A DNA stretch of 64,000 nt from positions 3,387-67,386 of the forward strand of contig JAGBHF010000090.1 in the NCBI GenBank assembly GCA_017935645.1, in the 5' to 3' direction. A program made the position numbers and the translations under genes. Below are positions 1 through 8,678 of this stretch, in pieces. The notes beneath the pieces are model-generated. The model was not told where the DNA came from and did no database searches. It saw only the letters and a program-made list of their open reading frames with translations. Positions within the stretch are counted from its first letter, which is position 1, and each line of letters begins with the position of its first letter. This stretch comes from Bacteroidaceae bacterium (lineage in GTDB: Bacteria; Bacteroidota; Bacteroidia; Bacteroidales; Barnesiellaceae_A).

Positions 1-1538
1 TATCCCATATTATACTGCGCCAACGCTACCATGGCATCATCGGCTATAATATTACTTGCGGCAACTTGCCTGTAGCATTGGAGTGCCTCGTTGTATGAAC
101 CATTGCGATACCTACACTCGCCCAACCAATAGACAGAGCGAACTTGATACTCCGGAGCGTAATCGCCCGCATTGGCAGCTTGCTCAAACCACTTACCCGC
201 TTCCGAAATACGGTTGTTGGCAAAAGCCTCTGTTCCGAGCATGTATAATATCTGCTGACGTTGCTTGAGTATGTCGTGCGACGGTTGCTTAATTCGGTTG
301 ATATAATCAAGAGCGTCGGAATAGTTGCGCGACGAAAGGTGAAGTTCCGAAATACGACTATTCACGTCGTCGGTATAACGAGAGTGGGGATACTCACGGA
401 TAAAATTCTCAAACAGAGCCAATGTACTATCAAACAAGTTAGGCTTGGCATCGTAGGCACAGAGAGCTTGGTTGTAAAGGGCTATTTCGCGTATGGCATC
501 GTCACAACGGCTTTCGGCGGCACAAGTAAATGCTTCATAAGCATTGTGCATATCATCGGCTTGCAGATAGGCCAATCCTTTATGCAAATAGGCATTCTGC
601 GATATATGATCATCCTCGCCAACGACTTGATTCAGCAACTCGATTGATTTATCATACTCCTTGGCACGATAAGACAATATACCGGCTATATACAGAGTAG
701 TACGGTATGGGGTATCGGCTGTGTCCAAATAACGGCTGATGTACGACATAGCCTGCTCATCATTGCCCAATTGGTAATGACTCTCACCTGCAATGCGGTA
801 CAACTCGGTGCGATAGGCCTCACCGATATTACTATTTATAATAGGGTCGCACGATGCCACACACTGAGCATACTGCTTGTTGGCAAAATCGATATTAAGC
901 AACAAATAGCGAGCCTCCGACAGATACTCCGAATTCGAATGTACCTGCGTAAGATTGCGACGAGCATTGTCATAATCGCCCTCATCGTAATATATATATC
1001 CGCTATAATATCGGGCGGCATCGCCATATTGGGCAGAATTTTGTACCAACGCCCTCAACAAAGGCTGTGCTTTGTCGTACTGACGGGTGTGGATATAGCT
1101 CATGGCCAAGCGATAGGCGTAGTCGTCCTGCTCACTACCATTGATGCTGTTGAGATCGATTTTCAACAACTCGTCGACAGCCTTGCTATATTCACCCTCA
1201 TTGTAATAATAGTAACCCAATTCAAGATTTATTTCACTATGATGTAGCGAATAGGGGTACTCCCACAGGTAGCGAGCCAAGAGTTCGGGTGTGCGCTTCA
1301 CACCACGTTTGGCTTGCGACATGACAACATAAAATGCCGCCTCTTCATGATATTGCGAGGCATCTTCACGCTGCAACAATGCCGACATTACATCGTAACA
1401 ACCGGCATAGTTACCATCGCAATACATGGTATAACCCCTATCATAGTCCGATGCAGCGTCGGTTGTATGCAACGACTGGGCACACACTGCAACAGCGCAG
1501 AGCATGAGCATCGATAACATTGTATATAGCCTACTCAT
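1..1538 (-). CDS. Exported tetratricopeptide-repeat (TPR) protein. The 5' end is complete and the 3' end runs off the left window edge (512 codons visible).
   Basis: Absent from the supplied ORF track because there is no stop inside the window. Hand translation of the reverse strand from ATG 1538-1536 is open all the way to position 3: MSRLYTMLSMLMLCAVAVCAQSLHTTDAASDYDRGYTMYCDGNYAGCYDV...NGSYNEALQCYRQVAASNIIADDAMVALAQYNMG. It has a signal-peptide-like N-terminus and recurring TPR-like helices (GEYSKAVDELL, GDYDNARRNL, KEYDKSIELL). The + ORFs 261..647 and 771..1247 are its antisense shadows. Confidence 0.8.
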   Translation of the reverse strand, partial: MSRLYTMLSMLMLCAVAVCAQSLHTTDAASDYDRGYTMYCDGNYAGCYDVMSALLQREDASQYHEEAAFYVVMSQAKRGVKRTPELLARYLWEYPYSLHHSEINLELGYYYYNEGEYSKAVDELLKIDLNSINGSEQDDYAYRLAMSYIHTRQYDKAQPLLRALVQNSAQYGDAARYYSGYIYYDEGDYDNARRNLTQVHSNSEYLSEARYLLLNIDFANKQYAQCVASCDPIINSNIGEAYRTELYRIAGESHYQLGNDEQAMSYISRYLDTADTPYRTTLYIAGILSYRAKEYDKSIELLNQVVGEDDHISQNAYLHKGLAYLQADDMHNAYEAFTCAAESRCDDAIREIALYNQALCAYDAKPNLFDSTLALFENFIREYPHSRYTDDVNSRISELHLSSRNYSDALDYINRIKQPSHDILKQRQQILYMLGTEAFANNRISEAGKWFEQAANAGDYAPEYQVRSVYWLGECRYRNGSYNEALQCYRQVAASNIIADDAMVALAQYNMG

Positions 1539-1550
1539 AGTGAGGGTCTG

Positions 1551-2801
1551 TTATTGTTTCCTATCGGTGTTAACCCACTTATACAGCTTGTCGGATGGTC
1601 GTATTTTCTTGTCAAGTTTAATAGAGAAGTGCTGACCTTTAGTAACTTTATCGACACTCTTCAGCGCCACACGAATCTCCTCAACAACCACAAACAAAGC
1701 ACCTGTTGTAGGACCGGTAACGAGTATCTCTTCACCTACCGACAATTCGCCACTTTCGAGCAAGAACTCTGCCACGCCCAAGTTAGAGAAGTATTTGACA
1801 CCCTTACCTATATACTCCTTGCGCTTGGTAGCCGACGAGCCATAGTTCTTCGACCATTCACCAAGACGTTGTCCCAAGTAGTAACCATCCCAGAATCCAC
1901 GGTTGAACACGGTAGTCAAGCGGGTATTCCACTCCTCGATGCGCTCGTCGGTAAATGTATCGTTGAGACAAGCCTCAATAGCTTCGTTGTAGCACGAAAC
2001 AACCGTGCTTACATACTCGGGGCCACGAGCACGGCCCTCAATCTTAAACACTCTCACACCCGAGTCGATGAGTTTGTTGAGGAAGTGTATGGTCTTGAGG
2101 TCCTTGGGCGACATGATATATTGGTTCTCTATGGCCAGTTCCTCGCCGGTCTCACGGTCGGTAACTTGGTATGAACGGCGACATATCTGCATGCAACCGC
2201 CACGATTGGCCGAATGATTCATTTGATGCAAGCTCAAGTAACACTTACCCGATACAGCCATGCACAATGCACCATGACAGAACATTTCGATGCGTATAGG
2301 CTTTCCGGCAGGGCCCACGATATTCTCTTCCTCGATGGCTCGATAGATATTGGCCACCTGATCCATATTCAACTCACGAGCCAATACCACAACATCGGCA
2401 AATTGTGAGTAGAAGCGCAAAGCCTCTACATTCGATATATTGAGCTGAGTAGACAAGTGCACCTCAACACCAATACTGCGTGCATAAGTCATAGCAGCCA
2501 CGTCGCTGGCAATAATAGCCGAGATACCGGCATCGCGAGCTGCATTGATAATGCTACGCATCAACTCCATATCATTGTCATAGATAATAGTGTTGACAGT
2601 AAGATAGCTTTTCAAGCCATTCTGGTCGCATATTTGAGCTATATTGTGCAGGTCGTCTATGGTAAAGTTTACCGACGAGCGTGCTCGCATGTTCAAGCCT
2701 TCGATACCAAAATATATCGAGTCGGCTCCTGCTTGTATGGCTGCTTGCAACGATTCGTAGCAACCTACAGGAGCCATAATTTCAAAATCTTCTCTCTTCA
2801 T
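1551..2801 (-). CDS. Peptidase U32 family protein (collagenase-like/PrtC-type)
   Basis: The ORF 1551..2825 translation has U32 hallmarks (EIMAPVG...AGADSIYFG...; E..CHGALC..SG.C). ATG at 2801 (MKREDFEIMAP) is preferred over the TTG at 2825 because the -7 box at 2837-2844 leaves almost no room upstream of the TTG. Confidence 0.8.
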   Translation of the reverse strand: MKREDFEIMAPVGCYESLQAAIQAGADSIYFGIEGLNMRARSSVNFTIDDLHNIAQICDQNGLKSYLTVNTIIYDNDMELMRSIINAARDAGISAIIASDVAAMTYARSIGVEVHLSTQLNISNVEALRFYSQFADVVVLARELNMDQVANIYRAIEEENIVGPAGKPIRIEMFCHGALCMAVSGKCYLSLHQMNHSANRGGCMQICRRSYQVTDRETGEELAIENQYIMSPKDLKTIHFLNKLIDSGVRVFKIEGRARGPEYVSTVVSCYNEAIEACLNDTFTDERIEEWNTRLTTVFNRGFWDGYYLGQRLGEWSKNYGSSATKRKEYIGKGVKYFSNLGVAEFLLESGELSVGEEILVTGPTTGALFVVVEEIRVALKSVDKVTKGQHFSIKLDKKIRPSDKLYKWVNTDRKQ

Positions 2802-2836
2802 ATCTCTATATATGTATTTTTGCAAATTCTATTGTG

Positions 2837-2844
2837 CAAAGATA
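2837..2844 (-). promoter_or_regulatory. Bacteroides-type -7 promoter box (TATCTTTG on minus strand) for the U32 peptidase gene
   Basis: Exact match to the TAnnTTTG consensus, 36 nt upstream of ATG 2801. Confidence 0.4.
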
Positions 2845-2864
2845 GCGATAATTTTCTATTTCTC

Positions 2865-4538
2865 TCAATACTTAAAGCTACTGCCACCAAGGAACTCGCG
2901 CAAGAGCGATGTGGGTGGAATCTCCTTCTCGGGCAGAGAGCGGAAATAGTGCAAGAACTTGAGCAATCGGGCAGCCTCGGCATACTCGGGGCAGTTGCGC
3001 GGTACTGAACGCAATACGGGTACAGCATAGTCGCGTATTACAGCCAACTCAAAGAGCAACGACGAGTTGAACATGGCATGAGCATTCTCCTGATAGGGGA
3101 AAATCCATTTGTCCTCGCCACGGCGCACACTCGGCCAGCGAGCGATGGTATCTTTGGGCGATACACCACGAGTCTTGGCATCACGCACAATGCGACGCAA
3201 CAAGCGATTGTCGGTCGAGGGTATGCAGTTGTGGTCGTCGATAGACAGCGAAGTGAGTGCCGACGCATAAATACCATACTTCTGTTCATCGGGGATAGAG
3301 GCTGTCATCTCGGGATTGAGAGCATGAATACCTTCCAATATAAGCACCGTATTGGGTGTAAGTTGCATACTCTTTGCACCCTCAACACGTGAGCCGCTCT
3401 TGAAATCGTAGGTAGGCAGAGAGACCAACTCGCCATTAAGCAGGCGTTGCAAATCGCTGTTGAAGCGTTTCAGGTCGAGAGCATACAACGACTCGTAGTC
3501 ATATTCGCCCTCTTCATCGAGGGGTGTATCTACACGGTTGACAAAATAATCGTCGAGCGAGATAGCTGCCGGAATGAGACGATTGGTCATCAACTGCACC
3601 GACAAACGCTTCGAGAATGTTGTTTTGCCCGACGAAGAGGGGCCCGAAATGAGCACAATGCGTGCGCCTCCTTGATGAAATCGATTGGCTATATCTTCGG
3701 CAATAGCAGCAATTTGCTTTTCGTGCAAGGCCTCAGCTACTTGTATCAATACCGACGCTTTATCCTCCTCAATGGCACGATTGAGACGACCTACACCACT
3801 GAGACCAATAATCTGATTGAAGGTGTTGTATTTATCGAACGCTACAAGCATCTTCGACTGGTCGATAGGCGTAGCGGGTCGCGACAGGTCGTTCTTATCG
3901 GGAGGCAGGAGCAACATGCCATTGGCATAAGGTTGCAGGTCAAACACCTTCAAGTATCCGGTCGATGGTACCAACCAACTATAATACATATCGGCCAGTC
4001 CGTCGAGTTCATAATAATCGGTATACAGGTCGCCGATTGTGTTTAAGAGGTCAATCTTCTTTGTAAGCCCCTGTTTCTCAAATATCTTTACCACATCGGT
4101 CGTATGAGCCATCTTTTGTTCAAAGGGGAGGTCTTTATCGATAATCTCTTGCATACGAGTACGTAAGGCAGCGACCTTGGTCGGCTCCACCGGTAGCTTG
4201 GCATCGCCCAACAGGCAATATTTGCCATTGGATATAGAGTGCTCGATACGCAACGATTCGCCGGGGAAAAGCTCATGAACAGCCTTATACAATACAAAGC
4301 TGAGCGAACGTTCATAGGCACGCATACCCGAAGCATCGCTAATATCGACAAACTCCACGTCGCAGGTGTTATATACACGGAAGTTGAGACTCTCCGACTT
4401 ATTATTAACACGCGCTGTAACAGCAGGATAGGGCATATTAAGGTCGATGCGATTATAGATGCTCAATAGCGACTCACCGCCTTCAACCTCGATTTTTTCA
4501 CCTGTATTGCAACAGTAAATTGTGATGTACTTATCCAT
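2865..4538 (-). CDS. Uridine-kinase/PRK-family P-loop nucleoside kinase with an N-terminal TGS/ThrRS-like domain
   Basis: Walker A GPSSSGKTTFSKRL followed by uridine-kinase-like DDYF...YD..SLYALD motifs. The N-terminal ~250 aa resembles the TGS/second-additional-domain region of ThrRS. Start chosen at MDKYITIYC (ATG 4538) rather than the upstream AT-rich extension. Confidence 0.7.
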   Translation of the reverse strand: MDKYITIYCCNTGEKIEVEGGESLLSIYNRIDLNMPYPAVTARVNNKSESLNFRVYNTCDVEFVDISDASGMRAYERSLSFVLYKAVHELFPGESLRIEHSISNGKYCLLGDAKLPVEPTKVAALRTRMQEIIDKDLPFEQKMAHTTDVVKIFEKQGLTKKIDLLNTIGDLYTDYYELDGLADMYYSWLVPSTGYLKVFDLQPYANGMLLLPPDKNDLSRPATPIDQSKMLVAFDKYNTFNQIIGLSGVGRLNRAIEEDKASVLIQVAEALHEKQIAAIAEDIANRFHQGGARIVLISGPSSSGKTTFSKRLSVQLMTNRLIPAAISLDDYFVNRVDTPLDEEGEYDYESLYALDLKRFNSDLQRLLNGELVSLPTYDFKSGSRVEGAKSMQLTPNTVLILEGIHALNPEMTASIPDEQKYGIYASALTSLSIDDHNCIPSTDNRLLRRIVRDAKTRGVSPKDTIARWPSVRRGEDKWIFPYQENAHAMFNSSLLFELAVIRDYAVPVLRSVPRNCPEYAEAARLLKFLHYFRSLPEKEIPPTSLLREFLGGSSFKY

Positions 4539-4622
4539 GATGTGATCTTTTATGTGAATGTTAAATTTTGAAATAAAGTTAAAATACACCGCACAAATAT
4601 GGTGCGAATATTTTTATTTATT

Positions 4623-4630
4623 TATTTTTG
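4623..4630 (+). promoter_or_regulatory. -7 promoter box TATTTTTG upstream of the Na/Pi cotransporter gene
   Basis: Exact TAnnTTTG match in an AT-rich divergent intergenic region, 88 nt upstream of ATG 4718. Confidence 0.35.
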
Positions 4631-4717
4631 CAAATAAATTTAGATTACTATTTTTATGGTGATAAAGGTAGTATATTAAAGCGAAAAATACAATAAATAT
4701 ATTCTAAATTAAACACA

Positions 4718-6481
4718 ATGAACTACTCGTTTTTCGATTTCTTGACGCTGATAGGTGCGCTGGGAATGTTCCTTTATGGAATGAAAATCATGAGCGAAGG
4801 TTTGCAAAAAGCAGCCGGAGATCGCATGCAGAAGATTCTCTCATCCATGACCAATAACCGCATCATGGGTGTGTTTACCGGTATGCTTATCACAGCTCTT
4901 ATTCAGTCATCATCGGCAACAACCGTCATGGTAGTAAGTTTTGTCAATGCCGGACTTTTATCGCTCACTCAGTCTATTGCCGTAATCATGGGTGCCAACG
5001 TAGGTACTACCGTAACGGCTTGGATTATCTCTCTCTTTGGTTTCACAGTAAAGATTGCCGATGTGGTCTTCCCCGTTATGGCTATCTCTATCCCCTTGAT
5101 ATTCTCTAAGAACAACCAACGCCGCTATTGGGGTGAGTTCCTTATCGGTTTCTCACTACTCTTCTTGGGTATGGAGTTTATGAAGGAGTCGGTTCCCAAC
5201 TTGCAAGAGAACCCCGCAGCCTTGGAGTTCCTCAACAACTACACCAATATGGGCTACGGCTCGGTATTGTTGTTCTTGCTTATCGGTTCTATCCTCACTA
5301 TCATCATGCAGTCGTCAAGTGCCACCATGGCCATTACACTTATTATGTGTAGTCAAGGATGGATATCATTTGAGATTGCCGCCGCTATGGTACTTGGTGA
5401 GAATATCGGTACAACCATCACCGCCAACATGGCAGCCCTCTCGGCCAACGTATCGGCTAAGCGCGCCGCCTTTGCACACTTCTTGTTCAACATGTTCGGT
5501 GTGTGCTGGATGCTTATATTCTTCTTCCCTTTCACACGCATGATTATTGCTCTTGTAGGACACTTGAACGGCATGTCGACCGACGAAGTAAACTACTTGT
5601 TAAACTCATCGGCAGCATTACTTCCTCCCGAAGAAGCAGCCAAAGCCGCAACCACCGTATCGTTCTCGTTGGCTCTGTTCCACTCAATATTTAACGTGTG
5701 CAACGTGCTCATCATGATATGGTTTGTGAAACTATACGAGAAGATTGTTACCTCTGTAATCAAACAAAAATCGGCTACCGACGAGGAGTTCCAACTCAAG
5801 TATATCAATACCGGTATGATGGGTGCATCGGAATTGAACCTCCCCCAAGCCCGCCAAGAGATTGTGGTATATGCCGAGCGCGTACGTCGCATGTTTGGCA
5901 TGGTACAAGACCTCTTGCACGAGAAAGAGAGTAGCGAGGCCTTCTCTAAGTTGTACAGCCGCATCGAGAAGTATGAACAAATATGCGACCGCATGGAGAT
6001 TGAGATTGCCTCATTCTTGAACAAAGTGGTAAGCGGTCGATTGAGCTACGACGGTAAGTTGCAAGTAAATTCAATGCTTACCATGGTGACTGAGATAGAA
6101 AGCATTGGTGACTGCTGTTACAACTTGGCTCGCACATTGGTGCGCAAGCAAGAGGCCGGTGTGAAGTTCAACGATGAGATCATGAGCAATATCGATGCTC
6201 TTATGGCACTTGATTCCGATGCTCTCGAAAGCCTTATCGCTGTATTGTCGAAAGGTGAGAATGCCGACATTATTGCAACATACAACAAAGAGAACGAGAT
6301 TAACAACTTCCGCAATCAGTTGCGTGCCACCAACATGGATAATATCAATGCCAAGCACTACGACTATCAAGAAAGTATATACTACATGGATATCGTGGCT
6401 GAGGCCGAGAGCTTGGGCGATTATATCGTAAATGTTGTGGATGCTGTTAAGCAACAATCTCACCACAAGTTGAAAGTATAA
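4718..6481 (+). CDS. Na+/phosphate cotransporter family protein (NptA/YjbB-like) with C-terminal PhoU-like domain
   Basis: Duplicated Na_Pi_cotrans signature (LIQSSSATTVMVVSF... and IMQSSSATMAITLIM...), polytopic membrane N-half, helical PhoU-like C-half. Confidence 0.85.
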   Translation: MNYSFFDFLTLIGALGMFLYGMKIMSEGLQKAAGDRMQKILSSMTNNRIMGVFTGMLITALIQSSSATTVMVVSFVNAGLLSLTQSIAVIMGANVGTTVTAWIISLFGFTVKIADVVFPVMAISIPLIFSKNNQRRYWGEFLIGFSLLFLGMEFMKESVPNLQENPAALEFLNNYTNMGYGSVLLFLLIGSILTIIMQSSSATMAITLIMCSQGWISFEIAAAMVLGENIGTTITANMAALSANVSAKRAAFAHFLFNMFGVCWMLIFFFPFTRMIIALVGHLNGMSTDEVNYLLNSSAALLPPEEAAKAATTVSFSLALFHSIFNVCNVLIMIWFVKLYEKIVTSVIKQKSATDEEFQLKYINTGMMGASELNLPQARQEIVVYAERVRRMFGMVQDLLHEKESSEAFSKLYSRIEKYEQICDRMEIEIASFLNKVVSGRLSYDGKLQVNSMLTMVTEIESIGDCCYNLARTLVRKQEAGVKFNDEIMSNIDALMALDSDALESLIAVLSKGENADIIATYNKENEINNFRNQLRATNMDNINAKHYDYQESIYYMDIVAEAESLGDYIVNVVDAVKQQSHHKLKV

Positions 6482-6507
6482 CTTTTACAATCGATACAAT
6501 GAACGAA

Positions 6508-6543
6508 GGATACCGGCTCGCAAAGTCGGTATCCCTTTTTTTT
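6508..6543 (+). terminator. Rho-independent terminator after the Na/Pi cotransporter gene
   Basis: GGATACCGGCT...AGTCGGTATCC stem followed by a T8 run. Confidence 0.7.
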
Positions 6544-6605
6544 ACTATCGGCATATCGAGAAATAAAATCGGCAACAGAAGTGCTATTTTTCCAAAAAAG
6601 AGTCT

Positions 6606-6613
6606 TACTTTTG
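6606..6613 (+). promoter_or_regulatory. -7 promoter box TACTTTTG
   Basis: Exact TAnnTTTG match, 27 nt upstream of ATG 6641. Confidence 0.5.
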
Positions 6614-6640
6614 CGTCACTAATAGGAAATTAAAAGAGAT

Positions 6641-7705
6641 ATGAAAAAGAAGACTATTCTTATTGTAGCATGTGTAGTGGTGGCAATTTTGCTTGTTGCA
6701 GTAGGCATCGTGGGATATGGCTTTATGAACGATGCACGCATTAAGGCTGCACGTAGTATTACCCAGATAGACGAGGGATTGTATACGATGACTTATGAGG
6801 GAGATTATGGTTTTGACACCTTCCTGCAACAAGGCGGCGCCTCGTCTGATGCAGCTATGGCACAATATATCACCAACTTTATCATGCAGGGTTTTGGTGC
6901 GCCCAATGCTCAGCCCGACACAACAGCCGAAATGGGTTGCAGTACATTTGTTGTTCACAACGAACATGGTATCTTGTTTGGGCGTAACTTCGACTTTCCA
7001 GCGGTACAAAAGGCTATGATTGTAAAGGCTCGCCCCGACAATGGCTACGCCTCAATATCAACAGCATGTCTTGATTTTATGGGAATGCCGGCCGAGTGGC
7101 AACCCGATGGCGATATACCATCGCGCATGGCTGCTATTACAGCACTATATCTACCTCTCGATGGTATCAATGAAATGGGACTGTGCGTATCGGACCTTGT
7201 TGCAGGCGACGAGGAGGAAACACACCAATCGACCGATAAGCCCGACCTTACCACCACATCGGCAGTGCGTCTGTTGCTCGATAAAGCGGCCAATGTACAT
7301 GAAGCTATCGAGTTGCTACGCAATCACGACATGAATACCTCCATAGGCACATCGCACCACTTGGCTATAGCCGACGCTACAGGAGCATCGGTTGTTGTGG
7401 AGTATATCGGTGGCGAAATGTTTGTTACACCGGTTGAGATTGTTACCAATCACTACTTAACACCCGGCGAGAAGTGTGGCATAGGAAACGAGCTGTCGCA
7501 TGAACGATATGCAACTATAGCGCACATGAGTAGCGTACTGCCTTATAAGACATCACCGCAACGAGTTATGGAAGTACTCCGCGCGGTATCGTACAGCGAA
7601 TATACCCACTGGAGCATCGTGTTTGACACCGAGGTGTGCGAGGCACAATACGTGTGGAAGTGTGGATTTGACAAGAAGAAACACATATTCGGTATATTTG
7701 AGTAA
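6641..7705 (+). CDS. Membrane-anchored Ntn-hydrolase of the peptidase C45 / isopenicillin-N acyltransferase-like family
   Basis: N-terminal TM anchor (ILIVACVVVAILLVAVGIVGY). Internal Gly99-Cys100 (AEMGCSTFVV) followed by GRNFDF, the pattern of self-processing C45 Ntn hydrolases. Confidence 0.6.
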   Translation: MKKKTILIVACVVVAILLVAVGIVGYGFMNDARIKAARSITQIDEGLYTMTYEGDYGFDTFLQQGGASSDAAMAQYITNFIMQGFGAPNAQPDTTAEMGCSTFVVHNEHGILFGRNFDFPAVQKAMIVKARPDNGYASISTACLDFMGMPAEWQPDGDIPSRMAAITALYLPLDGINEMGLCVSDLVAGDEEETHQSTDKPDLTTTSAVRLLLDKAANVHEAIELLRNHDMNTSIGTSHHLAIADATGASVVVEYIGGEMFVTPVEIVTNHYLTPGEKCGIGNELSHERYATIAHMSSVLPYKTSPQRVMEVLRAVSYSEYTHWSIVFDTEVCEAQYVWKCGFDKKKHIFGIFE

Positions 7706-7729
7706 GGTAATCATCTCATAGCATATTTT

Positions 7730-7780
7730 TCTACACGCTATGCCACCGATACGCGGGGGCACAGCGTGTAGATTTATTAT
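7730..7780 (+). terminator. Possible terminator hairpin after the C45 hydrolase gene
   Basis: TCTACACGCT...AGCGTGTAGA stem with an inner TGCC/GGCA pairing, followed by the weak T-tract TTTATTAT. Confidence 0.35.
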
Positions 7781-7859
7781 AGTACTTTACAAATGGTTGA
7801 TAAATGGCAAAGTATGAAAAATATCGGCGCGTAGTAGCGGTATTGTCGATAGAAAAAAC

Positions 7860-7867
7860 TACCTTTG
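7860..7867 (+). promoter_or_regulatory. -7 promoter box TACCTTTG for the hydrolase/Mur-ligase/ddl operon
   Basis: Exact TAnnTTTG match, 24 nt upstream of ATG 7892. Confidence 0.5.
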
Positions 7868-7891
7868 TAGATTGATTATGAAAGACTAAAT

Positions 7892-8668
7892 ATGTTGGCT
7901 CAAATAACACTCAACGGCACACGTGTACAATATAAGGTAACGGGCGAAGGTGCACCGGTTATATTGTTGCATGGCTGGGGTTGCAATATTGCAACAATGG
8001 CTTCGATAGAGGCTATTTTGGCTCCACACTTTAAGGTATATACGCTCGATTTTCCAGGATTTGGTGGCAGTGACACCCCTACTGAAGTGTGGGGTGTAGA
8101 GGAATATACACAGATGTTGGAACGTTTTGTGAACGAACAGCATATTGAAAACCCCATACTCATCGGACACTCATTTGGAGGCAGGGTCTCAATACTCTAT
8201 GGCTCGCGCAATGAGGTACGCAAGATAGTACTTGTAGATGCAGCCGGAGCCAAGCCCCGACGTCCGTTGAAATATTATTGTAAAGTATACTCATATAAGT
8301 TATACAAGAGATTCTTGTACCTCACAATGGGCAAAGAGCGCGCCGAGGAGAAGTTGGAGGCCCGTCGTCGCACCGCCGGTTCAGCCGATTATAATGCCCT
8401 CACAGGCATGATGCGTCGCATTCTTGTCAAGGTAGTGAATGAGTATCTCGAAGAAGAGATGACCCGGATTAAGTGTCCGGTGCAATTGATATGGGGTGCT
8501 AATGACAAAGACACCCGATTGCGCGAAGCCAAAGTGATGCTCAAGCGCATCCCCAATGCCCGCCTCGACGTAATAGAGGATGCCGGTCACTATTCGTTCC
8601 TCGACAACCCGTTCCGCTTCCGATCATATCTCACAGCTTTTTTGAAGCAAGAAATTTATGGCAAATAA
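7892..8668 (+). CDS. Alpha/beta-fold hydrolase
   Basis: HGWG oxyanion motif, nucleophile elbow GHSFGG, C-terminal DAGH. 258 aa. Confidence 0.8.
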   Translation: MLAQITLNGTRVQYKVTGEGAPVILLHGWGCNIATMASIEAILAPHFKVYTLDFPGFGGSDTPTEVWGVEEYTQMLERFVNEQHIENPILIGHSFGGRVSILYGSRNEVRKIVLVDAAGAKPRRPLKYYCKVYSYKLYKRFLYLTMGKERAEEKLEARRRTAGSADYNALTGMMRRILVKVVNEYLEEEMTRIKCPVQLIWGANDKDTRLREAKVMLKRIPNARLDVIEDAGHYSFLDNPFRFRSYLTAFLKQEIYGK

Positions 8669-8678
8669 TTGAACAATA

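Noticed and set aside
2815-2822. Exact TAnnTTTG match (TATTTTTG) on the + strand
   Set aside because: No + strand gene lies downstream. It shows that the 8-mer also occurs by chance in AT-rich spacers, which is why all promoter calls carry modest confidence.
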